Source of the DNA: Patescibacteria group bacterium
GTDB lineage: Bacteria; Patescibacteriota; Patescibacteriia; Patescibacteriales; UBA12075
Length of the DNA: 64,000 nucleotides
Direction: 5' to 3'
NCBI GenBank assembly: GCA_018897195.1
Contig: JAHILH010000001.1
Location: forward strand, 476,565-540,564
A model generated the notes under the pieces. That model ran no database searches, had not been told where the DNA came from, and saw only the letters and a list, made by a program, of their open reading frames with translations. The position numbers were made by a program, and so were the translations under genes. Shown in pieces: positions 51,611 to 61,361 of the stretch. The number at the start of each line of letters is the position of its first letter. Position 1 is the stretch's first letter.

Positions 51611-51991
51611 TTATAATCCAGCTATTTTTTTATTAGCTAATTCAACTACATCGTCTAATTTCCACTCTGTTTTCACCAAAAAGAAAGCATTATTTTCCGC
51701 CGCTTCCATCATGCTCTCGTGGTCGTTTAAATTAGTCAAAATAATTATTGGCACCTTGTTGCCCCAAGTCTGTTCAGCTCTTATTTTCTTCATCACCGTT
51801 ATGCCATCAAATTTTGGCATTAGAATATCCAACATAATCAAGTCCGGTTTTTTATCCACGGCAATTTCGTAAGCCTCTTCTCCGTCGCCAGCTCGCAAAA
51901 CATTAAAACCGGCTTTTTTAAATTTGTTTGATAAAGCATCAAGTATTGCCATCTCATCTTCAGCAATTAATACTGTTTTTTTTTCTGACAT
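51611..51991 (-). CDS. Single-domain response regulator
   Basis: AEDE, MLDILMP, LTN, K. Confidence 0.9.
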   Translation of the reverse strand: MSEKKTVLIAEDEMAILDALSNKFKKAGFNVLRAGDGEEAYEIAVDKKPDLIMLDILMPKFDGITVMKKIRAEQTWGNKVPIIILTNLNDHESMMEAAENNAFFLVKTEWKLDDVVELANKKIAGL

Positions 51992-52047
51992 AAAATTATA
52001 ACATCTAAATAACACATCAATTAAAATATAATTGTCCTGTGATAAGC

Positions 52048-53172
52048 TTATTCAATATTCTCTAGTTGCTTCGTTCCCGCCCGTTTCTTCATTCCTTTTA
52101 AAGGAATAGTAATAAAAAAAGTTGTTCCTAATCCGCTTTTCATCAGGTTCTTCCAGGCCTTCTTACCACCTTCTTCAATAAAAAACTCCATACTCGGCGA
52201 TTCAAACCAAATCTTACCGCCAGATTTTTCAATTACTGCCTTGGCCACATAAAGACCAAGACCATTACCACCAGCAACCATTTTCTTGGCATCAGCCGCG
52301 CGAAACATTTTAGAAAACATTTTAGATCGAAGTTCGCGAGATACGCCAACACCAGTATCAGAAACTTTAATCAAGATGTTGACATCAGTCTTCTTGATTG
52401 TAAAACGAACTCTGCCTCCGTCTGGAGTATATTTCACCGCATTAGATAAAATATTTTCCAAAACAATCAAAATTAAGCGCGGATCAAGATTTAATAAGGG
52501 CATTTTTTCAAAATTTTTCTCAAAGATAACTTTCTTAAGTTTGATAATGCTTTCGTATTTCTTCACCGCTTCATTGGCTTTCTTAATAATATCTGTCGGT
52601 TCAGGTTCAATCGAGAAAGTTCCCAAGTCAATCCGAGAAACATCCAGTAAGGCATTTACCAAATCAATCATACGTTGATTAGTTTTAAAAATTTCGCCTA
52701 GATATTTTTTTTGTTCCGCATTTATTTCGCCAGCATCGCCACACAAAATATAATCTGAATACCACTTTACAATTGATAATGGCGTTCGCAGCTGATGCGA
52801 AGCCAAGGACACAAAATCAGCTTTAGCCTGCTCTAATTCTCGACTTACAGAAGTATCCATTGCCACTCCAGACTTTAAGCGCTCCATTAAATTATTTAAA
52901 GAATCTGCAATCTGGCTAAGTTCATCCCTTTTTTCGATTTTAATCTGCTTGTTAAGATTACCGGCCGCCATTTCGCCAATTGCCAAGGCAATATCTCTGT
53001 TTTTTGCTAATAAATTCTTGACCGAAAAATAAACAACGCCGAAGGCCAAAAAAGCTAAAAACAAAACAAGAGCCTCTCCAACTTGTTCGTAATCACTCAA
53101 GAAAACAAAAACCGACACCAAGCTTAAAACAAATAACAAAAAAACAAAAACTATCTTTTTTAATATATTCAC
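52048..53172 (-). CDS. Sensor histidine kinase (2 TM, HAMP, HisKA, HATPase)
   Basis: RDEL HAMP, SHQLRTPL, NAVKY, DTGVG, GNGLGL. Confidence 0.92.
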   Translation of the reverse strand: MNILKKIVFVFLLFVLSLVSVFVFLSDYEQVGEALVLFLAFLAFGVVYFSVKNLLAKNRDIALAIGEMAAGNLNKQIKIEKRDELSQIADSLNNLMERLKSGVAMDTSVSRELEQAKADFVSLASHQLRTPLSIVKWYSDYILCGDAGEINAEQKKYLGEIFKTNQRMIDLVNALLDVSRIDLGTFSIEPEPTDIIKKANEAVKKYESIIKLKKVIFEKNFEKMPLLNLDPRLILIVLENILSNAVKYTPDGGRVRFTIKKTDVNILIKVSDTGVGVSRELRSKMFSKMFRAADAKKMVAGGNGLGLYVAKAVIEKSGGKIWFESPSMEFFIEEGGKKAWKNLMKSGLGTTFFITIPLKGMKKRAGTKQLENIE

Positions 53173-53235
53173 AAAATTTCAATTTATTCTTATGCTGACA
53201 TTATACAGGAAAATGTTTTTTTGGTAAAATATTTT

Positions 53236-54351
53236 TTATAGCAACTCTTTAATCCTCTTCACAAAAACTTCTTTTCCATATTTTTGCGCTTGCTCTTCGC
53301 ATTGAATTCGTCGAGCCAGGCACCATTCCGCGCTCATTTTTTGCACAGCTTCGGACACATTATCCTTGTCTGGATTGGAACGAATCAAAATCCCCGTCTC
53401 ACCATCTTCGATTGTCTCAAGCAATCCCCCTTCAGCCACGCCTAGCACGGGCTTACCAGCCGCATTCGCCTCAAGTTGCGTCATACCCGCATCTTCGTCC
53501 ATGGGAATATAAATCGCGGCGCGGCAAGAACCAACTAGCTCGCGCAATTTTTCATCCGGCACATAGCCCAACATTTCGATATTAGCGCAACCTTCGGCCA
53601 ATTTTTGTACTCGCTCGAAACAGGGTCCGCTCGAGGCCACGATTAATTTTTGTTGTGGCATTTTTTTAAACGCCTCCACAATGACATCAATCCGCTTCGC
53701 CTCATCCACGCGCCCCCAAGACAAAAAATAATCCCCTTGCTTAATCCACTGGAATTTATCAGTCGCAATCGGCGGCCAAACAATCGCGTCAGCCTTGAGA
53801 TCAGCATAACGCAAGAGACGATTGGCGATATTTTGTGAGTTGGCAATATTGACATCAAACTGACGCACGGCATATTCATAAGAACGGCGCCACATCCACA
53901 CAAAAATATCAAACAAAGGTCGCAAAAAAAACGGATACGTCTTTCGACTAAACTCGCGCATATCATAAATCCGTCGCGGCGGTGTGTGCGTATAGACTAT
54001 TTTTCTGGCATCTTTGCGACTATAAAAAGCCACCGCTTCAGTCGCCGGCTGTCCGGACGCAATCAGGGTGTCATAAGACTTCAAGCGCTTACGCGCTAGC
54101 CAAAAAATCAGACGAGTATGAAAAAAGCGAATAATGCGCAAATCGATTATACCACCAGACAACACGATAAAGCGCTTGCCCAAGCGCTCACGATAATCCG
54201 CATAAACGCCGTCAATAGCATAGGCGGTAATAAAGTCCGCGCCCAATTCCTCTGCCATAATCAAAGCCGTCCGCTCGCCACCGCCGGGCCAACTGAGATG
54301 GTCGTGGACAACGGCGATTTTTTTAGTTTTAATATTATTGTCAGTCGTCAT
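53236..54351 (-). CDS. Glycosyltransferase family 4
   Basis: GGGER, EDAGMTQLEANAAGKPV. Confidence 0.9.
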   Translation of the reverse strand: MTTDNNIKTKKIAVVHDHLSWPGGGERTALIMAEELGADFITAYAIDGVYADYRERLGKRFIVLSGGIIDLRIIRFFHTRLIFWLARKRLKSYDTLIASGQPATEAVAFYSRKDARKIVYTHTPPRRIYDMREFSRKTYPFFLRPLFDIFVWMWRRSYEYAVRQFDVNIANSQNIANRLLRYADLKADAIVWPPIATDKFQWIKQGDYFLSWGRVDEAKRIDVIVEAFKKMPQQKLIVASSGPCFERVQKLAEGCANIEMLGYVPDEKLRELVGSCRAAIYIPMDEDAGMTQLEANAAGKPVLGVAEGGLLETIEDGETGILIRSNPDKDNVSEAVQKMSAEWCLARRIQCEEQAQKYGKEVFVKRIKELL

Positions 54352-54353
54352 AT

Positions 54354-54656
54354 TTAATCTTTAATTCTAGTATTAACTCCATCGATAATCTTATAAACAC
54401 GATTCTTATTTTTTTCAACTTTTTTCAAAAGCTCTTCTTCTAAATCAATATTCAAAATCTCCGCTAGACCGAGTAAATAAATTACCACATCAGCCAATTC
54501 TTCTCCCAAATCAGGAAGCTTCTTATGGTATGCGGTAAACGCCTCGGCCAATTCGCCATGCGTCAATCCAAATTCAAAATTGACATCAGTGACATTAAAT
54601 CCCTTAGTAACTTTATTGGCAAAAACATCTTTTTGTAATTTTTGTAAATCGATCAT
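54354..54656 (-). CDS. MazG-like nucleotide pyrophosphohydrolase
   Basis: GELAE...EELADVVIYL. Confidence 0.85.
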   Translation of the reverse strand: MIDLQKLQKDVFANKVTKGFNVTDVNFEFGLTHGELAEAFTAYHKKLPDLGEELADVVIYLLGLAEILNIDLEEELLKKVEKNKNRVYKIIDGVNTRIKD

Positions 54657-54762
54657 ATTATTATACTTTTTTATCAACTTAAGTCTTTTTCCTTGTTAAT
54701 TTTACGCGCCTGCCTGCCTTGGGCGAGGCCGTGTATTTTTTAAAACAATTAAATAAATCAAA

Positions 54763-55554
54763 TTAGTGAAATCCGTGCGCATGGTCCCCAAGCTCTATTC
54801 CGAAAGTATGCGCCCAGACATCGACATTAATCCATTTATCATTAATTCTAACTTGAACATATTGATGTGGTGAAACATACCAAATCAAGGCCCAACGGGT
54901 TCTCACATCCTCTTTCTTAAAAAAACCACTCCCTACTAATAATGATTTTAGTATATAATTAATATTAGTACAGTGCAAAAAACCATTCTTACGCCATAAA
55001 GCCTCAATATCACTCTCAAGAATATTAAACAATTTAGTAATGGTTTTAATTCGTTCGCCGTGATATTTGGCAATCAAAACGTCATAAGCCTTTCGTAGGC
55101 ATCTTTCTTGACTCTGTGCCTTTTTTAATTCGTTAACAATGTTCTGCATTTCACTTTTTATCAAAATAAATAATTTCAAATCTCTCAAAGTTTTTTCAGT
55201 TAGATTTAATTCATTGATTTTATCAACAGCAACCCAATCAAAATCTGCACCTTCCCCTAAAACAAATTCTGATTTTTCCATTTTATTTAAAACATAAAAT
55301 ACATACCGATGCGTTTGAAATTCTTCATTAAAATAATCACATACCTCGACAACATCTACTGGAGCGACTTTAACCCCAATCTCCTCATTAAGTTCTCTAA
55401 TGAAACAATTAATTGGTGTTTCTAAATCTTCATTCAATCCTCCAAAAAAAGCCCAAGCATTTGGATTAAACTTTGTATTTGCATCTCGCTTATGCAATAA
55501 TACAGAATTAATTTTTGGATTATACAAAAATCCACCTGCCCAAAATGTTTTCAT
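54763..55554 (-). CDS. NUDIX hydrolase fused to a transglutaminase-like domain
   Basis: GG.....E.......RELNEEIG; C-terminal LHCT / PHQY / VDVW. Confidence 0.75.
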   Translation of the reverse strand: MKTFWAGGFLYNPKINSVLLHKRDANTKFNPNAWAFFGGLNEDLETPINCFIRELNEEIGVKVAPVDVVEVCDYFNEEFQTHRYVFYVLNKMEKSEFVLGEGADFDWVAVDKINELNLTEKTLRDLKLFILIKSEMQNIVNELKKAQSQERCLRKAYDVLIAKYHGERIKTITKLFNILESDIEALWRKNGFLHCTNINYILKSLLVGSGFFKKEDVRTRWALIWYVSPHQYVQVRINDKWINVDVWAHTFGIELGDHAHGFH

Positions 55555-55565
55555 AGAATATAACT

Positions 55566-56717
55566 TTATAATTGCAATATTTCCCTAAATTTCTTCCCCA
55601 TCACGCCCAAGGAGTACTTTTCTTCAACTAGACGTCGTGCCCTATTACCCATTGTTCGACTCAAATTTTCATCTTGAACAAAAAGCGCGATTTTCTTTTT
55701 CAAATCTTCAATATCACCTGGTCGCGACAAGAAACCTTGCTCTCCATCAACAAAAACACTACGCACGCCCGGCAAATTAGAAGCAACCACGGGATTGCCA
55801 GACGCCATCGCTTCAATCAAGACGATACCAAAGGCTTCGTGGTTATTTATTGATGACAGAATAAATAAATTAACCGTTTTGTAAATGTTAACTAATTCTT
55901 CATCGCTTAAACGACCGCGAAAAACGACTCGGTCGCCAATATTTAGAGATTTCGCCAACAACTCGTATTCACGGCGCATATCGCCATCGCCAACAATATT
56001 CAAGCGCCAATTACTTATCCCTCGCTCACGCAAACGACCCACGGCGTGCAATAGAATATCGACGCCCTTGAAATAATGAGCACGATCCAAAGCGGCCACA
56101 AAAAGAATATCCAGGACAAAGTTTAATTCGCCATCTTGAGATGGATCAGTTTTTGATGAACATTTTACACATTTAAATTTCTCAATATCAACTCCAAAGG
56201 GAATCTCGACAAATTGCTCCTTGTTCCTTAAATAATAATCTCCAATCGCCCCATGCTCAGCATAGTCTAAACTCGAGACCATAATCTTTTCCGCCTGTCT
56301 AAACAGCATTGTCTTAATCATTCGCGCCGGCAAGCTCAATGCTCGCGCTAAGCCCACCAACTCGCCCGTATCCATGTGATAATAAATAAACAACTTTATT
56401 TTCTTGCCATAAAGTAACTTCGCCAACCAAACCACCTCGGCCGCACCAAAAAAGGGATAGTGCAAGACCACCGCGTCATAACCGCGCAATTTCCAAAGTA
56501 ACTGTGGCAAAAATCCCGCCAAACCCAAGCGCAACCACGGCTTCAGGCGAATGACCTTCACACCACCAATAACCTCTTCCGCCTTATGACCAAAATCAAG
56601 CGTCATAACAGTCGCCTCATCACCGGCCGCAACTAGTTGCTCACCAAAACGAGCGACCGAATTACTCATGCCGCTTTTGTAGGGAGGATAGACACAATTG
56701 ATTTGTAATATTTTCAT
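55566..56717 (-). CDS. Glycosyltransferase family 4
   Basis: KGVD, EAFGIVLIEAMASG.PVV. Confidence 0.92.
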   Translation of the reverse strand: MKILQINCVYPPYKSGMSNSVARFGEQLVAAGDEATVMTLDFGHKAEEVIGGVKVIRLKPWLRLGLAGFLPQLLWKLRGYDAVVLHYPFFGAAEVVWLAKLLYGKKIKLFIYYHMDTGELVGLARALSLPARMIKTMLFRQAEKIMVSSLDYAEHGAIGDYYLRNKEQFVEIPFGVDIEKFKCVKCSSKTDPSQDGELNFVLDILFVAALDRAHYFKGVDILLHAVGRLRERGISNWRLNIVGDGDMRREYELLAKSLNIGDRVVFRGRLSDEELVNIYKTVNLFILSSINNHEAFGIVLIEAMASGNPVVASNLPGVRSVFVDGEQGFLSRPGDIEDLKKKIALFVQDENLSRTMGNRARRLVEEKYSLGVMGKKFREILQL

Positions 56718-56746
56718 ATTTTTTATTTACAGTTATTAATCTATCT

Positions 56747-56843
56747 TGTCATTCTGGAACGAAACGAAGTGTAGTGATAGAATCTTCCACTTTGTACGTT
56801 TTTTACGTAGTCGAAGATCCTATCGCTCCGCTCCAGGATGACA
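56747..56843. repeat. MITE-like palindromic element (family B)
   Basis: TGTCATTCTGGA...TCCAGGATGACA; inverted homolog of 3346-3467. Confidence 0.85.
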
Positions 56844-56851
56844 GAAAAGAT

Positions 56852-57556
56852 TTATTTCTTTCCTAGATAAAACCTTCTCTCGCTCTCGCTGAATTTTTCA
56901 ATCGCATACCGCAACATCGTCCGCGGCATTGTCTGGTAATATTTCTTCAAAAAAACCTCCTCCACCATTTGATCGCGCTTCCCCACCTCTCGCAACATCC
57001 AACCCACCGCTTTTTGAATCAAGTCGTGTTTATCATTAACCAATATTTCCGCTATCTTAAGTATATCATAAAAATCATTATTACGTATAAAAGCAAAAGT
57101 TGACACCACGGCAATCCGTTTTTGCCATAAATCTGTTGATTTTGCCAAGTCATACAAGACGCCACGGTCTTTATCGGCTAAATATTGCCCCACAATATGA
57201 TGGCAGGTTACATCTACCAAATCCCAATTATTTATCCATTTCGTGTTACCCAAATAAGCCTTAAATATTTGCTCTTTTTCATTATCTTTCCCGCGCTTGA
57301 ATTTCTCCACCAAAATCAATAAGGCCACCATCCGCTGTTCATGAATCTGGCTTTGCAAAAAATCCAAAACATCTACTAAGGGTAAATCGCGATATTTTTT
57401 CACGATAATTCTCTGCACCGGCACCTTAATACCGAGAAATATATCTCCCTCGCCATATTCACCCGGACTGGTTTTGAAAAATCGCTGCAACAGTGCAGCC
57501 TGATGAGAACTAGCCAGAGCGTGCAAATCTTTTTTCAAATTTTCAATCTTAGACAT
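56852..57556 (-). CDS. alkD: DNA alkylation repair protein (AlkD family)
   Basis: FFKT..GEYGEGD, NNWDLVD, KAVGWMLREVGKR, RYAIE. Confidence 0.9.
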   Translation of the reverse strand: MSKIENLKKDLHALASSHQAALLQRFFKTSPGEYGEGDIFLGIKVPVQRIIVKKYRDLPLVDVLDFLQSQIHEQRMVALLILVEKFKRGKDNEKEQIFKAYLGNTKWINNWDLVDVTCHHIVGQYLADKDRGVLYDLAKSTDLWQKRIAVVSTFAFIRNNDFYDILKIAEILVNDKHDLIQKAVGWMLREVGKRDQMVEEVFLKKYYQTMPRTMLRYAIEKFSESERRFYLGKK

Positions 57557-58133
57557 TTTTATGATTTAACAAAAACTCCCGCAACTCCAAAAACGCCTGA
57601 CCACGGTGGCTGATTTTGTTTTTCGCTTCATTGCCCATCTCAGCACAAGTTAGCGTGTGTCCATCGGGAATAAAAATTGAGTCATAGGGTAATTTTGGCA
57701 AGGACTCACCTCTTTTCTCAAAAGTCATATTACCATGCATTTGACCTGTGAAAACAAATTCGCGACCGTCTGGTAAAACGAGAGCGGCAGCGGTTTCAAA
57801 CCAAGCTTGACGTTGACTTTCGGGAACGTCTTTTATTTTTTCCAAAGTAAAATCGGCAATATCATTATCACCCGCCCAGCGAGCGGAAAAAATTCCCGGG
57901 GCACCATCAAGCGCCTTGATGCAAGCGCCAGAATCATCAGCAATGGCCATCGCGCCAGTTTTGCTCACAACAAAACGCGCCTTCTTTAATGCATTTTCAG
58001 CAAAAGTGGCGCCGTCCTCGACAACATCTTCAAAAACACCAGCCTCTTCGGCACCGACCACCTCGAAGTCATGGAGGATTTTTTTCATTTCGATTAATTT
58101 GCCCTCATTATGAGTGGCGAAGATTATTTTCAT
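57549..58133 (-). CDS. rdgB: Non-canonical purine NTP pyrophosphatase (HAM1/RdgB)
   Basis: ATHNEGK, ADDSG, PGIFSAR, SHRG. Confidence 0.93.
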   Translation of the reverse strand: MKIIFATHNEGKLIEMKKILHDFEVVGAEEAGVFEDVVEDGATFAENALKKARFVVSKTGAMAIADDSGACIKALDGAPGIFSARWAGDNDIADFTLEKIKDVPESQRQAWFETAAALVLPDGREFVFTGQMHGNMTFEKRGESLPKLPYDSIFIPDGHTLTCAEMGNEAKNKISHRGQAFLELREFLLNHKNV

Positions 58134-58397
58134 AGATTTATCATTTACAATTAAAAAATAAAATTAAAATAACCACGGGGGTTTGGGGGTGTGAACTAAA
58201 CGCCAGTCTTAAAATAACAAAACCTTTGCTTGTGATAGTGCATTGAACACCCCCAAAAGTTTTGGTTACTTTTGCTTCCAAAAGTGACACAAGCGAGAGC
58301 GCGTAGATTTTAATAATAAAAATATAAAAAAGTATTTATTGTTATTAAAATTTTATCAAGATTAGTCTCTATAATTATGTATCCAAAATCTGTGGCG

Positions 58398-58426
58398 CCT
58401 GGATCCCCGCCTTCGCGGGGATGACG
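58398..58426. repeat. Short palindrome CTGGATCCCCGCCTTCGCGGGGATGAC
   Basis: ATCCCCGC-CTTC-GCGGGGAT hairpin; single copy in the window; GATGAC end like family B. Confidence 0.55.
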
Positions 58427-58432
58427 GTGGAA

Positions 58433-59746
58433 TTAAAACCATCCCCAAATTTTCCGTCTCAGAATTAAAACGCTTTCCATGTGCGGTGTCTGCGGATACA
58501 GATCAAACAAGCGCCATTTTTTTACTTTATATTTCTGCTTTAACAAGCGCATGTCCTTGGCTTGCGTCAAGGGATTGCAAGATATATATATAAACTGTTT
58601 TATTTTTGATTTCAAAATTGCCTTCGTCACCTTAGGATGTAGGCCACTGCGCGGCGGATCCACTACCAAAGTTTTGGCTAAAGAAAAAATACCATTCAAG
58701 TCCTGCTTTTCTGAGGCGCCGGAATGTAAAGTGATGTTTTGCAAATTATTGATAGCAATATTTTCCTGTGCAATCTTCACCGCTTCATCATCTAACTCAA
58801 CACTAATAATATTATTAAATTGTTTGGTCAAAAAGAAACCAATCGTGCCCACGCCAGCATAGAGATCAATCAAGTCTCCACCCTTTTTAATATTATCTTT
58901 AACAAAATTCATCAGCTCACCAAATAAGGGCGGGTTGATTTGAAAAAAATTAGAATGACGAAAACGCAATTTTAAGAAATCAATTTTCTCTTCCAAGTAA
59001 TCACGGCCCTGCTGATGCAAAACCTTGGTTATCACCGTCGCGGGCGATTGCGGGTCTGAGTAAATTATTTGCCAGCCAACCACTTCATTAAGAGCCAAAT
59101 CAAAAATTGCAAAATTCTCATCCTTCACATATAAAACTGCCAAACACTTATCCTCGGCCTGACTATAACGCAACACCAAATTTTTTAAAGACTCAATTCC
59201 AACTTGGCGCTCATTCAAAATCTTAACCACCGCACTTGCCACGCTGTTTATCTTCTCACTCGCCAAAACACATTCATCCAATTCATAACAATCATAGCGA
59301 CGACCACGGACGTGAAAAGCCAGGCTCAGATCATCGGTTTCTTTTTTTACAAAACTAAATTCCATTTTATTGCGATACTGCCATTCAGCCTTGGAGCCAA
59401 CAATCATCACCGCTTCGTCAGGCACTAAACCCATCTCATTACTAAATAATTTCTTAGCCATCTCAGCCTTATACTCTAATTGCTTTGGATAATTAATAAT
59501 TTGCCATGGACTACATGATAAATAATGATTCTCTTTTTCCTTTTGACGATCCGCTGACGAATCCAAAATCTGCAAGACCTGCGCCTTCGCCTTGCCCCGA
59601 CTTACCTTAATTGGTCGCACCAAAACTCGCTCGCCCACCATCGTGCCAAACACAAAAATAGAACGATTTTTATATCGCCCCACTCCCTCGCCCGTATGAT
59701 GCATTCTATCAATAACTACTTCAAATTCTTTATCCAGTTTACTCAT
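58433..59746 (-). CDS. RNA m5U methyltransferase (RlmD/TrmA family)
   Basis: TRAM domain, YRNK, FFQIN, DLYAGVG, DPPRSG, YISCNP, PQTPHME. Confidence 0.92.
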   Translation of the reverse strand: MSKLDKEFEVVIDRMHHTGEGVGRYKNRSIFVFGTMVGERVLVRPIKVSRGKAKAQVLQILDSSADRQKEKENHYLSCSPWQIINYPKQLEYKAEMAKKLFSNEMGLVPDEAVMIVGSKAEWQYRNKMEFSFVKKETDDLSLAFHVRGRRYDCYELDECVLASEKINSVASAVVKILNERQVGIESLKNLVLRYSQAEDKCLAVLYVKDENFAIFDLALNEVVGWQIIYSDPQSPATVITKVLHQQGRDYLEEKIDFLKLRFRHSNFFQINPPLFGELMNFVKDNIKKGGDLIDLYAGVGTIGFFLTKQFNNIISVELDDEAVKIAQENIAINNLQNITLHSGASEKQDLNGIFSLAKTLVVDPPRSGLHPKVTKAILKSKIKQFIYISCNPLTQAKDMRLLKQKYKVKKWRLFDLYPQTPHMESVLILRRKIWGWF

Positions 59747-60174
59747 ATTTTTTCCTTGCTTAATTTACAAACTTTTTCTTTACCAAGTTGACGATAAGCC
59801 ACCTCATCACCATAAGCCAAAAAATCTTCATGATGTTTCGGCTCAATATAGCCATTACCGGATTTGTGTTTGATCCCACACCAATAAACCTCCGTCTCGC
59901 CGGCAACCTTAACTGCATAAGCCAATAAGCCATTGGCATAACCACAATAAAGACAATTTAGCTTTGCTACTGGCCCTAAATAAGGAAGTCGATGTCTGTC
60001 AATTCTAACATACTTCGAACGATCAACCAAAGGAAGACCGTAGAGACGAAAAGCAATATTATGATAAATTTCTAGAAAAAAATCTAAAACCAGCAAAGGG
60101 GCTATCATGGGATAAATAAAAATTATCGATAATAAGTGATTAAATAAGTTTTCGGGGTGTCTTTTGTATTCCAT
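59743..60174 (-). CDS. Hypothetical membrane protein with Cys motifs
   Basis: CLYCGYANG...YWCGIKH. Confidence 0.8.
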   Translation of the reverse strand: MEYKRHPENLFNHLLSIIFIYPMIAPLLVLDFFLEIYHNIAFRLYGLPLVDRSKYVRIDRHRLPYLGPVAKLNCLYCGYANGLLAYAVKVAGETEVYWCGIKHKSGNGYIEPKHHEDFLAYGDEVAYRQLGKEKVCKLSKEKI

Positions 60175-60320
60175 AAATGTGTAACGCTAAACAGCGACTT
60201 ATAAATAATAATACACTTATAATAGCACTTTTATTAAAAAATTCAAGGCAGAACGTCAAGTTTGGACAATTTTACAAATAAAAAACCCCAAACCTGTAAA
60301 TCAGACTTGGGGCGATATTT

Positions 60321-60698
60321 TTAAAGATTTTTCAGGAGAAAAGCCAAGCAATTACTTTTGTTTAATTTATGGATCTCCACAACCACGGTCCACAGCATTG
60401 GCATTCCCAAGAAATCCGGGTCAACCAATTCGTACTTATACATGGCTCTATCTTCCAAGAGCCAGTCCTTAAACTGAACGCCATGGCTCCAGGTCGCTTG
60501 TTGCATTTCACGGCATTCATCTAAAACACAGTTCCAGGCAGCGGCTTGGCTATCAGCGACTCCAATAACGCATTTTGAAAAATTAACCATTTCCTTAACC
60601 ACCAAGAAGCGCTCCTCATTATTACTGATAATCGCGACCATGACAGGCCACAAGTTTTTAAGAAAATCTTGTTGAATTTTCCGTTCCCGTGAGCCCAT
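60321..60698 (-). CDS. Hypothetical protein
   Basis: AGGAGG RBS, promoter-like TTGACT-N17-TAGATT, downstream hairpin. Confidence 0.65.
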   Translation of the reverse strand: MGSRERKIQQDFLKNLWPVMVAIISNNEERFLVVKEMVNFSKCVIGVADSQAAAWNCVLDECREMQQATWSHGVQFKDWLLEDRAMYKYELVDPDFLGMPMLWTVVVEIHKLNKSNCLAFLLKNL

Positions 60699-60816
60699 CT
60701 CGCACCTCCTTTTTTTAATCTATTTGTTTATTTAAAGTAAATATAAAAAAATCTAACACAATTCTATAAAAAAGTCAATCAGCAAAAAAATTCACTCTTT
60801 TTTCATCCCACAACAG

Positions 60817-60898
60817 TGCCGACGGCGAGACTTGAACTCGCACGAATAAATTCACTAGAACCTGAATCTAGCGTGTCTACCAATTTCACCACGTCGGC
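60817..60898 (-). tRNA. tRNA-Leu(CAG)
   Basis: GCCGACG...CTAGA TTCAGGT TCTAG...GAGTTCAAGTCTC. Confidence 0.93.
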
Positions 60899-60911
60899 TT
60901 TTTTATAATTG

Positions 60912-60985
60912 TCGGGACGACAGGATTTAAACCTGCGTTTTCATGACCCCCAGCCATGCGCCTTAAGCTTCTAGACCACATCCCG
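60912..60985 (-). tRNA. tRNA-Pro(GGG), atypical D and T loops
   Basis: CGGGATG acceptor, CATGG CTGGGGG TCATG, T-loop TTTAAAT. Confidence 0.75.
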
Positions 60986-61078
60986 ATAATTAATATTCTA
61001 ACAACCAACCGTTACGGTTTCAAGTCTTTTTGACAACTAAAAAAGCCCCACCAAATGAGACCATACAAGAATTGGCTG

Positions 61079-61297
61079 AAGTATCTACCGGTTCTGTTGT
61101 GAACAACAGATTCATTCGGGCTCCTGTAATTCAGGTGAAATAAATTCATCCAAACATGCACATGAGCAAGAAATCTTTTGAACCATTTTCCTATTTCCTA
61201 CCTCACGAGGTGCGGAAAACTGCGGAAAGCCAATGTCTACTATTTTGATCCAAATCTTGTTAGCTCTTGGTGAAGCTTTTTCAGAAGACAGATACTC
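61079..61297 (-). ncRNA. Structured ncRNA candidate (possibly 6S-like)
   Basis: Closing stem GAGTATCTGTC/GGTAGATACTT, long interrupted hairpin, promoter TTTACT-N17-TATACT at 61319-61347, no long ORF. Confidence 0.5.
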
Positions 61298-61361
61298 TTT
61301 ATCTATCTTTCTACTTATAGTATAGCATGGGAAACATTAAGAGTAAATTAAACACAGTAAT

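Noticed and set aside
61079..61297. RNase P RNA (ACAGAACCGG resembles its 3' conserved region)
   Set aside because: No GAGGAAAGUCC and no P4 pairing partner
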